Positions 11,553-26,100 are shown, counted from the stretch's first letter. The stretch: 64,000 nt of DNA from Macrostomum lignano (GCA_002269645.1 NIVC01001101.1:124001-188000), one strand, 5' to 3'. The notes: generated from the letters alone by a model not told the origin. Translations and numbers: made by a program.

Positions 11553-14093
11553 GTTACGGAAGATTTACGAAGTTACGGATACGGATATGGATACGGAGTT
11601 TAAGAAGCAAAATTCAACCCCAAAATCAAGGCAATTGACAACTAGACGAGCAATCCGTGGTTTTACAGGTACATGTATGCACTATGCACTATGCATCAAT
11701 GCTTTGTACTCATTCTTGTTTAGTGGCTCAGCAACAGGATCGGCTTTTTTCTATTGTTAAATCAGTCGATCAAATACGAGAAAGCCAGAGGAAGTCACTA
11801 TATTGAGTTATTTATTTACGAGCCAATATAGATAGATTTTAATCTCCACGCAAGCCAGTCAGTTATTTAGACTGTATTTATATGATTTCCAATCATATCG
11901 TATCAGTATAGGCCAAGATTGAAAAAAAGTTGCTCTAGGGTTGGCTTGAGTGTAACGATCCGTGAGGCATCACCACCACTAGGGGAGCAGTGTGGACTGT
12001 TTGACCATAAATTAACTCTGCTCATTCAAGCTTGAATTGACAGCAACCCCGCCTACCTTTTGTAATACAACTTTTGTATTCAACTCAAACAACAGAATAC
12101 GGCTCATATGTGAACTCAATAGAAGTGGAAATAAAAAATAAAAAAACTGCATCAGTTGCCACCCATTCACGATATTTAATATTATTTCTAGATACCAACG
12201 GATAGACAACAGTTTGTAGCAATGAAAAAATTGTTTTTCTATGAAATCTTTCATCAGGCCTAGCTGTTCTGCGAACTTGGGTGCAAAAGGTATCTCATAT
12301 CTGCATTTTAATAGCTCGTATACGTAGCTCATATAATATCATACATAATGATGGGGATGATGATGAATTACGGAGGAAGAAGTGCACTGAGTCACACATA
12401 CATGCAGTGACTAGCCCAAGTAAAGGCTGCTTGCTCTGTAAGTGCGACACAATGAACCCCCCATCCCAAATTTTAGCGTATGAGGCAATAAGGTACGGGT
12501 GGCATGGATCGTATGATAAAGTTCAAGCAAATTATAGCAATGGGTGTAGCAAATAAGTAAGTGCGGATTTTTTGGCTTTTTTAACTCGTTATATCTGAAA
12601 TGGCAATAGGTGTGGGCAGGCAGGCTTGGGTAGTTGATGAGTTTTTAAGCCTCCTCGTCTGCAGGCTGCTGTACCTGCCAGACAGGCTGCGTGTGCAGAT
12701 AGCTGCAGGCCCTTAGAAAAGCCGCAATTGAAAGTGTACTTTCTCTGAGATGTCTGCAATGCGTCTCGAAGGCAGCATTCACTCATGTCCAGCAGGTCCA
12801 GCAGAAGGTAGACGTTCAGCGGTTTCTGTCCACGCTTGTTGAGTTGACCATGGCAGGCTTCTACGTCGATTAATTGATTGATACATTGATTGCAAAGCCA
12901 GAAAAACTCACCGACATTTCTCATTACAGAATACTGATTGATTGTGACGCGACTATCACATGCACGGTGCTGTCAATTCAAGCATTGAAAGCACTCAATT
13001 GCTTCTTGTCCATTGCAAACTGGCTGCAGACAGACCACACATGGATATGCGCCTGCCATCCTATATACTAAAAATGAGTTGTCTATGGGTATGTGGGTAT
13101 GCGATAGATTTCAGAAAAATTGGCTCAACCTATTTTCTTCAAACTTGCACCATTCGATTAGAAATTTTCCTGGGACGGTACATGCATCTTGGCTAAGAAA
13201 TTGCTCAATGTTAAAGGGATTAAATATTCGAAAAACATGCTTTTTTGCAAAGGTCAAGCAGCTCTTTCGACCTGAAATGCATTGTAAGAATGCTAGAGAA
13301 AAAATGACTGACTGAATTTCAATTGTGATAAAGATTGTCAGTGAATGAAACAGATGAATTTTGAACAGGGCATGAAATTTACCCAGTTTTTATCCCTTTT
13401 AAACAAGTAAATTAGTCTCAACCAATGAGAGAAACTGGAAAAAGCTACACCTGATTTTATATGAAGAGATTTGCTTAATACAAAATATGTTTACACCTCT
13501 TAGGGGCCTACTATAAGTAGGAAATAAAGACTCGTAACCATTTTTGTCTCTAACCCTGCAATATACTAATAAAATTTTGACTGCCTGTCGAACCCCTCCC
13601 CCCATTGCAACCCCAGATCTCCCCACCCGAAGCTATCCAATAGAAAACCAGTTGTCATTTTCCGTGACCCCCACCCCAGCTGTGGCCATCTTGGTGTGTG
13701 GCCATCTTGGTCTTACACCAGTACAGGATAGCCCCAAATGGACAATAGCCCCACTGCATTGCAGACAGCATGTCCTGGGTGACGATGTGCAGATCCCATA
13801 GCGACATGTTGAGATTGAGTAGCTTGTCGGTGTTTGGAACCTTGTTTAACGGGATGATGAACCTGGGTGCTGCAGATCGCCCAGCCATGGCACTGAAGAC
13901 AGGAAGATAAGAGAAATTGAAGCTCAAAAAACAAGCAGCTCATAAGCAACAGCTTCCTTTAAACTGACAACCCCTTAAACTCTGTTCGCTCAAACTTTTG
14001 GCCATAGACAAATTGCCAATCAATGTCATTTGACTTGGTGGTACGAATTCAAATGTTAAAATAATTTACCGAATGGAAGTGTAGGATTGCCGC

Positions 14094-14646
14094 CCATAGT
14101 CAGGAAGGTGGCATGTGTACGCCGGAATGAAATTCGGGCAGGGCTACCTATGTACGCCAAATGTAACCATATGTACGTCGAATATACCGTAATGCACGCC
14201 GAATATAGGCCCTACCGTAATGCACCCATGTACGCCGATTAGTTAATTGTTTATCAGCTTATTAGGACGCTGAATGACGTAAAAACCTTCCGTTGCAACG
14301 AATATTCGACAAGTTTGGTTGTTGTACTATACCAACAAGTTTAGTCTTTTTTAATTTGTTTAACTAAAGATGTTAAAATTAAAATGACCATTTTAAATTA
14401 CTGTAAAGTTTTGGCAGAGATTTGAATAAGAATATACGGTAGACATAATAGAGAATTAGCACTGCCTCATATGCCAACCTTATATCCCATATCATGCCAC
14501 ATATTTGCGGCGTACATGGCATATGCTGAATGTACGCCAACTGTTGCAAGGCAGACCTAATGTACGCCGAATGTATGCCGAATATCTTTGGCTATGCCTA
14601 TGCACGCCGGAATTTTCGACGAAAAAGGCCACCTTCCTGACTATGG
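14094..14646. mobile_element. MITE with 19-bp perfect TIRs and subterminal TACGCCG repeats
   Basis: CCATAGTCAGGAAGGTGGC (14094-14112) and GCCACCTTCCTGACTATGG (14628-14646). No TSD recognised. Confidence 0.75.
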
Positions 14647-16984
14647 TTTGTAGCACAGACAAGTTGTCAACTCCAACTTTTTGTCTAGCATTCATTGCCA
14701 TTCAATGCTAAAAATTTATAATTTGTGTCTCATCTAGCTGTTTTCTTTATTGTTTGTTAAAATGTTTGTAAAAATTTCTAGGAAAATAATTAAATATGCA
14801 AAATAAAAGAATGTTCAAACTAGCACCTAGTGAACTTTTTTCTACAGTAAAGTATAGTGTATTTGTAAATAATATAATATATTTACATTTCTAATTAATT
14901 AGGTAAAAGACCAACAAAACTTAATATTAATTAAAGTTAAAATTTGCTAGTGTTTTTTATACTCTATTAGGTATAATTTATAAGTTCATATACCTAGATA
15001 GATACCGACAGACCATTTTTAGTATATGGATTTATAAGTTTTAAATCTATGATATAACTTACTAAAGTATCTTAGTTTTATTCTACCTGTTTCCAATATT
15101 TTTTCATTAAAAATTTCTAACTAAAGCTATAAGAGTTTATAGATTGTGATAGCAACTACCATATTTCCATAGTTGTAGTTATAAGAGCAGATATAGACTT
15201 CTTGAACTTTAGGCAGTGATGGGCACTGCTAAATATTTTTGTAGCGCTGCTATATAGCGTTTCCACTATCAAATTTAAAAAAAAAGTTAGTGCCACTATG
15301 TAGCAGCCGCTATTTTAGTTTCAAAATTAGCGAATTTAGTGCCACTAAATATAAAATTGGCTAAAATTCAAAATTTCCCAAAAACAAAAAAAGATTCATT
15401 TTTACAATTTCTTTTGTTTAGTTTAAGCAGTGTAAATATTAGAAAGATTTTACTTTATATTTATTAAAATAAAACGCAAATTAGTCAAAAATTCGTCAAA
15501 TTGAAAAAAGTAATTTGTTGTACTTAAACTGCACAAAGCCAAAGGATAAGGTAAGGTAACCGGTACAGTTAACACTAACACTAACAGACAGTAGTACCGT
15601 AGTAAGTTTATTAACTTTACTTAGTAAGTTGCCATTGCCAGTCGCCAAGTTGGTCACCATCGCCAGTTGGCAGTCAATGCTGGTTATTGATGTGAATATT
15701 TAAATTCTACTATTGGAATTGATTGAATTGCTGATTTACAAAATTGTATTGTAATTATGGCACTCGCAATTGAATCAATTGAATAAATTAAATAATAAAA
15801 TGAACATTTAAAGATTTATTTAGGAGATAAAATAATTATTTAGACAAAAAACCAACAGCAAAAACAATAGCAGCAAAAACGAGACAAGTAACAAAAACAA
15901 AAAAGAAAAGTTAGACTTATCACTCATCAGTCATCAGTCATCACTATCGTCTATCAGGCATTAGCATTTCCAACATTGCCCACCAATGACCTAAATTTCG
16001 ACCTTAGGAAATTTTCGACTTGATATTGCTCTTAGACAAGTTAGGTAGCCGCTCAGAGCCGAAGTTGGCTCCCAAAAGAAAATCTCGGGGGACTCAACTG
16101 GAATCTATACTCCACAAATGCAGATTCTCGCATATGACAGGATCGCATGACCAGACTCACCTAGGCTCCTGAGCGTGATGAGAGACGATGATACTCCGCT
16201 CACACTGTGATAGTACAACCCAGTACAGGCAACCAGTACAGTATAGTACAACCCAGTCAAGTGGAAAATGGCAAGACAGTTTTAGCAAGAATAAAAACAG
16301 AAAAACAGTGACACGAACGTGAGCATGTGTATATTTTCTTTCCCTCCTCCTTTTTCATCCGGGCTGGGGACCGGCAATGCGGAGTTAAAAGAGTTGACTA
16401 AACGCAAGAATCACGAATTTGGTGGCCCTGAAAAAGGGCCGTTTTAACGTTCAGAAGGGATCACGTTTTTACAGGTCAGTGACCAAGACCTTTCCCAAAC
16501 CACAACTGCACAAGTGCAGTGGCGGCGGGCCGCTGCTGCGTGTTGCCAGACTGGCCAGCGTGGCAAGGCTCGGCACCTTGCCAGCGGAACAGCGGGCAGC
16601 CCGGTTTGCAATTAGTGCCCGATACTTCGCAGCAGCGGTCCGCACTGCGCAGCTTTGCCAGTGGAAACCGGGCTTAGGCGGCGAAGACGAAGAAGACGGC
16701 TTAGAACACGAAGGAGCTGACACTGGAGCTGGCACAGCTGGCCCCTCGCACCATGAAGTTTGCCCCCAAAAGCAGCCTGGCCCATTGCAGATTGCGTAGA
16801 AATCATTGTCTCTTAAACAATGTTTCCTACGGCACGTATTGGCTAGCAACTTTTGGCAGCAGCTTAAATGGTGCAAGGGGCACCACTCATCTTCTGCCAC
16901 CTCAGTAGCAGACTGGCGCGACAATAGACAGCCCTGGGATCATTTTGTGAACATAAATGATTATCCCACAAAAATTAAAACTAG

Positions 16985-17160
16985 CCAACATCTAGCCAAC
17001 TCCCCACCTAGCCACCCAACTCCCCATCTAGCCACCTAACTCCCCACCTAGCCACCCAACTCTCCACCTAGCCACCCAACTGCCCACCTAGCCACCCAAC
17101 TGCCCACCTAGCCATCCAACTGCCCACCTAGCCACCCAACTCCCCACCTAGCCACCAACG
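16985..17160. repeat. 20-bp minisatellite (CCACCTAGCCACCCAACTCC)
   Basis: Direct reading, about 8 copies. Confidence 0.9.
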
Positions 17161-17862
17161 ATCCACCTCCGCTTATCTCTACTCATCTCCGCTCCAGCCT
17201 AAAGTAAAAAATAAATAGAAAAACAAGGCTACTGTAAATATGCTTAGTGCATGCAAAAAAACATCGTTGGTGAGTGTTTATTGGATTTGTCATCAACAAG
17301 TAATTAGTGATGCCAAATTGTATTGCATTTTGTGAGTGGCGCGTCCGCTTACAGTTCTCCTAAGTCTCTAGGCTTACATTTTACTTCTATTCCTGCGTGT
17401 CGCGCATCTCCTACTTCAAGTAGCGAACTAAGCTTATTTTACTCGACATGAAAAAATAAATTAGCAAAAATATTATATTTTTAGTAAATTTCTATTGTGT
17501 ACGTTGCAAACTCGTAATACTCGAATACTAAAACTCTTAATTACAAGTTTTGCAATAGTTTCAGCTTTGCGTGCCTCTATTTTCTGTGTCCCTCACTACG
17601 CTCGTAAAAGAGGAGGGGTAGAAGAATGGAGGGGAGAAAGGGTAGACTGGAGGGGAGAAGGGTAGAATGTAGGCGAGAAAGGGTAGAATGAGGAGAGAAT
17701 ATTTATTTGCACTTCAATGCACAAATAAAGGACCCACAAAATTGAAAACAATATTTCCGCTAGTTCACTGACAACATTCGGATCTAAACGCGCAGGTTCA
17801 TGTCTTCCAGCAACGGAGCTGCAGACGCCGCGGCCGCAGAAGCGCCACCACCAGCAGTCGTA

Positions 17863-19603
17863 CGAGGGGCGTACCGAAAGTTTTGAGATACGCCGAAACC
17901 ACAAATATCTGAAGCAAAATTTCTGTCACGATTTTTCGAAGTAGTTGCCACCAGCTTGCACGCATTTCCTCATGCGGCGAAACCACTGCGTTCAGGCTCC
18001 AGCCCACTGTTCTTCTGGCACTGCTGACACCACCTGCTCGAACTTGATTCTTGCTGCTTCAGGGCTCTCAAACCGAGTCCCACGCAGTTGGATCTTCACC
18101 AAAGGGAAGGGAAAGAAGTGACGGTGCCATGTCAGAGAATATGCGGGATGCGTCCAACTGGACTCCATTATCGGCCAGAAATGCCAATGTTGCAACAGCC
18201 ATGTGCGCACTGGCATTGTTGTGGTGCAGCAGCAGGCAACGAAGTCCGGTGCGCGGCCGGCGTCTGCGCCACGCATCGAACACGAGTGGCAGGCACTGGT
18301 TAGTATATCAGTCTGCATTGACTGTCCGCCTGTTTTGGAGCGCTACAGACGCCAATTGGCCGGCCTGGCTGAAGAAAGCCGCCACCATCTGCTTCCCGAC
18401 GCTGCGGGCCCGCTTGACTTTCGTTGGAGTGGCATCCTCCGGAAGGAGCCAAACTGCAGAATGCTGCTTGGTTTCCGGGTCGTGCTGGCAGACCCAGGTC
18501 TCATCGCCACTGATGATCTCCCAGCATCACTTTAAAGTCCCAGAATCAAATCTTTCCAGCATGAACTCGCACCAAAGCACCCTCTCCGCTTTCTGGTCCT
18601 CCGTTAGGTTGTGGGCACCCAGCAGGCACACCGCTTGGAGGCTCCCAGCTTGTCATGCAGGATGGTCGTAACTGCTGCCGATCCAATGCCGAGAGCCTCT
18701 CTGACCTCTGCACAGGTCACTCGCCGGTCCTCGTCAATCATTCTTCGGACAGCAGCTAAAGTGAAACGAAGGCGCCGTTAGCAAGAGGATGGGAGAAATC
18801 AGCCGACACGCTCGTGATGTGTGAACAAGCATCCAGCCTTGGCAGCAACTCCCCAGATGCACAAGATCTGCATGCCAAAAAATAGTCCTGATGATCGGCG
18901 AGCAAGAAGCCCAGCCATGCGATCCTCGCGTGATGCATGCACAACCTCTGACCGACACTGCCTATTGGGCCTCGAAATCCCACTCTCTCCCCCTACTGCT
19001 CCTATTCCTCGTAGCTCGCGTACAGTGTGCTAGCTTATAAAATATACTGATTGAAGAGGAAAGATCCTTGCCTGAAGTTTGAGATCACACAGAGAAAGTT
19101 ACCATCGAAGTCCATAGTTCGTTGTCTTCCTGAACTGTTAGCAGAAGGAAACGATAATATGGGAAAACCCATATAAATTGTCGTTTCACAGCGATGTTTT
19201 CGTCCGTGACAGCGGAAGCTGGACGTCCCGTCCGAGGCTCGTCATCAAGGCTGCTTCGGCCCCACTTACATTCGCTGTACCACCGAAAAAAAACTATGGC
19301 ACGTGAAGGGGCTTGATCTCCAAAGACAGCATGTAAAGTTTCAACGCACTGCTCCTACGTGAGACCTTTTCGCTGGTTGTAAACAATCATGACTCGAAAG
19401 TCGCGATTTGTCAACTCCATTGGAGCAAGTACAGTTTGGTAGGGGGTATCGACTCTAAAGAGTGATTGTGAAAGATTGACAAAAGCACAAAGGCTAAAAA
19501 TTAATACTCAATCATCTTAAAGGTGGTAGAGTATGTAAATAAAAATTCGTGCAGTTTGTATTTATGAGTCAGCCGTATCTCAAAACTTTCAGTACGCCCC
19601 TTG
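17863..19603 (-). mobile_element. Full-length, inactivated Tc1/mariner (mariner-type) transposon
   Basis: TA-flanked TIRs CGAGGGGCGTACCGAAAGTTTTGAGATACG / CGTATCTCAAAACTTTCAGTACGCCCCTTG. Transposase remnants run from ATG 19420 to stop 17926, with RTGRP, IISGDETWV, LLLHHNNASAH and GGNYFEK; stops and frameshifts present. Confidence 0.92.
18757..19189. mobile_element. Nested ~430-bp insertion inside the mariner transposase
   Basis: Interrupts ENIA|AVRRMIDEDRR. AGC is duplicated at 18754-56 and 19190-92. Short inverted ends GTGAAACGA/TCGTTTCAC. Confidence 0.6.
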
Positions 19604-19789
19604 TACTGCTGCTGCTAATCGTGTCAGCAACGCAATCTACTGCGATATCCATCTCGCCTAGTCCGTTGCAAACCGCGCCTTGCAGTATATCGATGGCGGA
19701 AAACACAGCGTCCTGCAACACCGTAGCATATTATCCGAGAACACCGGCTGTTTCAGCAGAACTTGAAAGCTTAGCACCGACCTGTGCAA

Positions 19790-20100
19790 GATTCTGGGGG
19801 TAGTAATCGTGAGATTCTGGGGGTAAAAATCGTCAGATTCTGGGGGTAAGAATCGTCAGATTCTGGGGGTAAGAATCGTGAGATTCTGGGGGTAAGAATC
19901 GTGAGATTCGGGGGGTAAGAATCGTGAGATGCGGGGGGTAAGAATCGTGAGATTCTGGGGGTAAGAATCGTGAGATTCTGGGGGTAGTAATCGTGAGATT
20001 TTGGGGGTAAGAATCGTGAGATTCTGGGAAAAGAATCATGCTTAAAACGATTCTTTTTATTTCAAAGTTGCAGCGTTTTTGCAAGCCAAGAGTCGGTGGC
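19790..20100. mobile_element. 23-bp tandem array (GTAAGAATCGTGAGATTCTGGGG) forming the subterminal region of a hAT-like element end
   Basis: About 10 units followed by GAGTCGGTGGCAACA. A second copy of the same end, reading ...GGTGGCAACACTG, lies at about 26462-26590. Confidence 0.6.
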
Positions 20101-20169
20101 AACAATTTTAAGCAATCACAGAAGCTCAAAACCCTCCTGCGAAGTGCGAATCTGCCTGAGACTGGCATG

Positions 20170-20590
20170 AACTCTGCGTCCCACGCCGTAACGATGGGGC
20201 TGCACGTGACTGTCAAGCTGCTGCTGAGCTGCTCGCTGACATCCGCTGCTGGCATTGCTGGGCTTCTGGACTCGGATTCTGAGGGCATGGCTAATTTGAG
20301 ATGTGCCAAGAGATCGATCTGAATCTTATAAGTCTTATAAGATTAATGTAATATAAGAACTGCCAAATGCGTGAGCATATATATTTATAGTAAGGTGTGT
20401 TAAGCAGACAGACTTAACTCTGCGTCCCACGCCGTAACGATGGGGCTGCACGTGACTGTCGAGCTGCTGCTGCTGTGCTGCTCGCTGACATCGTCCGCTG
20501 CTGGCATTGCTGGGCATCTGGACTCGGAGTCTGAGGGCATGGCTGATTTGAGATGTGCCAAGAGATCGATCTGAATCTTATAAGTCTTAT
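20170..20590. repeat. Local direct duplication (about 20170-20340 and 20415-20590)
   Basis: Both copies run from ACTCTGCGTCCCACGCCGTAACG to ATCTTATAAGTCTTAT. Confidence 0.85.
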
Positions 20591-20624
20591 GAGATAAGAG
20601 CAGAGTGGCGAAGAGACTAGAATA

Positions 20625-23080
20625 GAAAAACAGATGTTTTTGAACATGTCATTTTAAAAAAAAAATGCAATTATCGGATGTTAAAGACTGTTTTAATTAG
20701 TTTTGATTGACTTCATATTTTAGGAATTTCAGTTTTCTGCTGTTGGGAAGAGAAATAAGGGCCATCCAATTTGAAATTGAAACCTTTGCTAAATAAGAAC
20801 CACATTTGTACATTTAAATATTCTGAAATATTTCGGCACACGACTGCCGTTTAAACAGTTTAAACAGCTTTCCAAATTTGCTAAGCATGATGCAGCGCTT
20901 GGCGAGTCTGGGCGATGTTCAGCTGTTCAACATGCGCAAGGATGTCGTAGTCCTGTCGCCGGGTGCCATGCAGCGAAGTCGAATGTCTCTGGGAATATAG
21001 ATAAATATAAATAAATAAATCTACCAATGAATTGCAAAGCAAATACTTTGCTAACTATTCAAAAACTCAATCAATCAATTCATGTACCTATTGTTAAAAA
21101 TTTTTCCCAATTGCTCACATTTCTATTTATCTCATTAAGTCCCTACTAAAAGTAAAAATTGGTATATATTATCTTTCTCCTTATATTACATTAGTAATAT
21201 AGGGACTGAATGAGCAAAAGTGCTCAACAATTCGTCGCCCCAGCCGCCACCTCAGCAGCCGCCCCAGCCTCCATTCACTGTTAGGTTCGCTGCATTCCTA
21301 GCCACCAACTAACCTATAAGTGTCTGCGTGTCGGCTGTAGGCGACGATCCCTTGGTTTTCTACTTGCTGTGCGACAACGAACAGAGCAGAAGTCTGAGCA
21401 ACCTGGTCTGCTCGATGGTTGAATACTACAACGGTTTGAAGCCTGACTATCCGCTAGGCTGCAACCTTTGCCCAGGCTGTGGTAGCGTGGGTCTGCTCAG
21501 TTGCTCCGCTCAGTGTAATGTACAGTGCAGGTGTACACCTGCAACGCGCGCGTGTGATTGGCTAACGCTTTGTCAGACAACCTTTATTGTTGGCCAGCTA
21601 TATTAAATAGAAGCTCTCTGCCTTGGGGGGGGGGTCTTACCCCCGAAGTGAAGTTTTCACAGTGGCGACGAGACTGAAACGACCCTGCGCAAATGAGTAG
21701 TGCAAGTGCACTAGGGCTTGTCGGCCCATACGAAGAAGGCTTTGAGCCATGGCATATGTACCAAGCAAGGTTAGAACAATATTTTGTTGCCAATGACGTC
21801 ACTGAGGAAGCGAAAAAGTAAGCGATTCTGGTTCGGAACTGCTTCCGTTTTTCGAACCGGCAATATGAAGAGGCTCCTAGATAGCAGCAGCTCTAGGGCC
21901 GCTGTTGGTGCCACCCCAACTGCAGCAGCTGGCGCCAGCGCAGCCGCTGTCAGAGAAGAACCGCTAGCCAAAGATTCATCGGACGTTTTAAAATACGTAT
22001 CGATTGATACAGCCAGAACGCAAGCAATTCGCGATTTAATTGTTGACAAAGTGGCTAGTAGTCGGTCTAGATTGATGACCGATATCTAAACTCAATGAAT
22101 AAATGTGTGGCTACCATCATAATTAAAGCTTGCCTGCATGGTAGCTTTGAAAATGCTATTAGCTTTCCCTTTTACCTGAGTTTGTTTTATCCATCATTTA
22201 TCCTTTGTGCATTTTCAAAGTCCTTTCCTAGAAATGTTCGTTAATTTTAGGGGGTGGCCTCAAAAGCAATGGGACTTAGGGAAAACAAGAAAATGGATTT
22301 TCTCGTTGCCCACTTACAGGTCCTTCCCAATGTCCGAGAAAGGTATTCACCAAAATATGCCCATGCAAATAACAAAGGAAAAACAGATTTTTTGAACATG
22401 TCATTTTAAAACAGAAAATGCAATTATCGGATGTTAAAGACTGTTTTAATTAGTTTTGATTGACTTCATATTTTAGGAATTTTAGTTTTCTGCTGTTGGG
22501 AATAGAAATAAGGGCCATCCAATTTGAAATTCAAACCTTTGCTAAATAAGAACCACTCCAGTAAATTTAAATATATAGATAAATATAAATAAATCTACCA
22601 ATGATAAACATTGCAAAGCAAATACTTTGCTAATTATTCAAAAACTCAATCAAACAATTCATGTACCTATTGTTAAAAAAATTTTCCCAATTGGTCACAT
22701 TTCTATTTATCTCATTAAGTCCCTACTAAAAGTAAAAATTGGTACTGAATGAGCAAAAGTACTCAACAATTCGTCGCCTCAGCAGCCTCAGCCGCCACCT
22801 CAGCAGCCCCAGCCGCCACCCCAGCAGCCCCAGCCGCCACCTCAGCAGCCGCCACCTCAGCAGCCGCCCCAGCCTCCATTCCCTGTTAGGTTCGCTGCAT
22901 TCCCAGCCACCAACGAACCTATAAGTTTCTGCGTGTCGGCTGTAGGCGACGATCCCTTGGTTTTCTACTTGCTGTGCGACAACGAACAGAGCAGAAGTCT
23001 GAGCAACCTGGTCTGCTCGATGGTTGAATACTACAACGGTTTGAAGCCTGACTATCCGCTAGGCTGCAACCTTTGCCCAG
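20625..23080 (+). repeat. Segmental direct duplication (about 20625-21475 and 22380-23080)
   Basis: Shared intronic and exonic sequence ending at GCAACCTTTGCCCAGG. Confidence 0.88.
21235..21475 (+). pseudogene. Truncated copy of the Tudor exon
   Basis: GAA>TAA stop before the VSAVGDDPL segment; homology ends just before the Tudor core. Confidence 0.6.
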
Positions 23081-23145
23081 GCGAATTGGTGGCCGCTTAT
23101 TATGAGCCAGATCAAACCTGGCAACGGGCCAGAGTTGTCAGTGTT
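22752..23145 (+). CDS. Probable exon: Q/P-rich linker plus extended Tudor domain (TDRD-like)
   Basis: Open frame QQPQPPP...FCVSAVGDDPLVFYL...CPGELVAAYYEPDQTWQRARVVSV matches the Tudor beta-barrel motif. No ATG; exon boundaries uncertain. Confidence 0.65.
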
Positions 23146-26100
23146 GACCTACTTTTTAAAAACTACTTTTAAGAAGTTCATAATTAAACATGTCTATTAG
23201 ACATAATTTTTTATGTAATGTCCCATTCCCTAGAAAATGAGTTAACACCGTGATTTTTAGTGCTTTTTAATTTGGGCCTCAAATTGCAGCTTATGAAGGT
23301 ACCTTGCCCTGGGCCTAATGCCCCTTAAATATATAAGGCTCTGCTGACTATGTGCACTGAGTATAGATTTTCAGATATAGATATTTCAGATATAGATAAC
23401 ATTAAGTTTCTTGAGACTGCCATGCAGCTTATTCAATAATATACAAAAAAAATCATAAGGCTCATGAAGTCATGCTTAGACTACTGTTTGTTTCAAAAAA
23501 CTAGTCAAAATTTCTTGAATTTCACATTGAACTTTATCTACAATGTAAAAATAAGCAAAAATTATCATTTTTAGCATGTTAATTTTGCAGCATTTATAAA
23601 GCTATTAATCATAACATAAGTTTAACTTATTAATTTCATTTATAATATATATGCTATAATTCATGTATAGCTAACTTGCATAAAAATCCAAACTTTCTAC
23701 TTTCTGAGCTGGCTGACACATTCACTTGTACCATCAAGCTGAACCAGGGGCAGGGGTGGATTTGGGGGGGGGGGAGGAAAAGCGCCCCCCAAAATAGCTT
23801 GACCGAACATATCCCCCCCCCCCAATTACAAATACAGTGCAAATACAAAACTAGTCACTTAGGCAGACAGCTGCTGTACATATGCAAATAGAACACTAGG
23901 AAGTGAGGTACAGCCATACAAGTAGATGCTGGATGCACACTAGGGTGGTTCTTATTTAGCATGTCCTTACCGGGTACAACACAGATTCGACGGCGGCCGT
24001 TGCTACAATCAGACAAATATTTGCCCAGGTGACAAGCCACTGCGGTTTTGACTGCGATATTTCAACTCCCATTACGATCTCAAATCCCCATTTCCAAACA
24101 GCTAAAGAATCCCATTACGTTCTCAAATCCCCATTCCCAAAGAGTTTGGGAGAGAGTTCAAAGAGAGGGCTACTAGCTTGCCTGCATGGTAGCTGGCAAT
24201 GGCAATTGGCTGGGACTAGGGCCTTTTCTTTATATCTGCAAATTAGCATGAAGAAACCTACATTAAAAATTATTGTTGTTTAATAATATTTAACCCCATA
24301 TACTGATATACATACACCATGTACACTTAGTCTAAATGTTATTTGAATTTTCATTGTTTTATGGCAATTGTTATTTGTCCGATGACTGGACGAATAGCGA
24401 CATGGTTATTCATTCGGTTACCAGACAAATAGCCATTTTGTTATTCGTCCAGTTAAATATATATTACTAGTACTATCTACTTGTAGGGAATATGTCTGGT
24501 TTTTAACAGCTTCTTACTCGTATCTTGAATAATATATTGTTATACTAGTGTCCAGTCAAGTTGCTAATATAAGTTTTTCTTCTTTAAAGTATTTGTTAAG
24601 TAATTAATATTCTGCATTTTTAGAACCTTTTTTCGTATCTCAGTTAATATTTTGTTTATACTGATAGCTATTAGAAAATGGTAATAAACATTTACAAAAT
24701 TAAAATACAAAATTGTAAATTAAGCATTGCCATCATTATAAATGGCAATGGCAATGATGTCTATAAGATGTTCTAGTTATAGTTAGGCTTCTATAATCAT
24801 ATGAATACAGTTACTGCCATTTACAATGTGACAGCTAGAGAACTAGTTTTAATGCTAGAACTAGTTATTACCAGTGGCTGTGTCATATTTAACAGGTTAT
24901 AACTGTTATAATATAGCTCATATGATTAAATACTTATAGCCATATATAGGCCTAGTCATGCAGCTCAGCAGCTGCAAGCAAAGAGCTGCAAAGATGGTTA
25001 TGGCTAGAGTTCCAGCACCAGAACTAGTCCCTAACAGCTGTGTAACTGACACTGCTGGATCTTATATCTAGGGTAATAATATAGCCATAAGAAAACTGGC
25101 TACTGGCTTTGCTGCCAGAACTCTAGCTAGTGTGGTAGGCCGGTCTACCACTGGGGCTTCGGCAACAGTTGGCGACGCGCGGAACGCCTTCATCCGGCGG
25201 ACGATTCTTTGACGTCATTTCGGCTCCCCCGGTTGAACTGTCTTCTCCCCCCGTTGTTCCCACCTCCGGTCCATCGGTTGCCCCTTCGCTTGGTCCCGCT
25301 TTGTTTTGCCGATTTCCACCCGGGTTTGTCCACTTTTCCCACCGGTGTTCCCCCCTGTGTCCCCCCTGGTGTCCCCCTGATTGTTTTTTGCGTTCTTTTG
25401 GTATTTAATCTTTAACGTAGCTTTAGTTTGTCAACCCCCCTTTTCTTCTTTTCTTCTTGGTTGTTTTTAGTAGGAAACACAGGAAACACAAAAAACAACA
25501 CAGAAAACAACAGGAAACACAAGGGGGAAGCAGCCGAGTGAACCGAGCGTTGCCGCGTCTGGAGTCCAAGCGGGCCAAAAACACCGGTTTAAATATCCGC
25601 CAACTGGACTACAGGTTGTTATAATGGAACACGTCGATTCTGATTGGCTGAGCCGTTTTGTTAGAATGAGCGCCGAATTTTCCAATTGGCTGAGCTAGTT
25701 GCCACCCAAAATCATGTGACCGGGAGATCCTATCAGTTCCCACAGGGTCATAAAAAGATGACAGGTGCGGCCGTAAATCAATCAAAATCGCAACAAAATG
25801 ATTTATGACTTTTCGCGTAGGATTGACAGAATGAAAAACAGAATAAATGAAAAAATATACATTAGAAAGCTCTTATTAAATAGAAAGTGAAGATAATGAA
25901 GAGAAATCGCTAATCCCAAAGTACTTTTAGCTGTCAAAGCTGTAACACGCTTGAGTGAACCCGAACACTAGGCTCTGACCTCATAAATCTGATGGCCTGT
26001 CAAAAATGATGAGAATAAAGCTACTATTCGCATCCCCTCAGACCATCTGGTGCCAGCCTCAACACTGAGTGAGGCGCAGGTGGCTGTCAGACCAGCTTCG

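Noticed and set aside
16469-16924. Cys/His-rich 151-aa ORF as a zinc-finger gene
   Set aside because: No recognisable ligand spacing or splice support; left unassigned.
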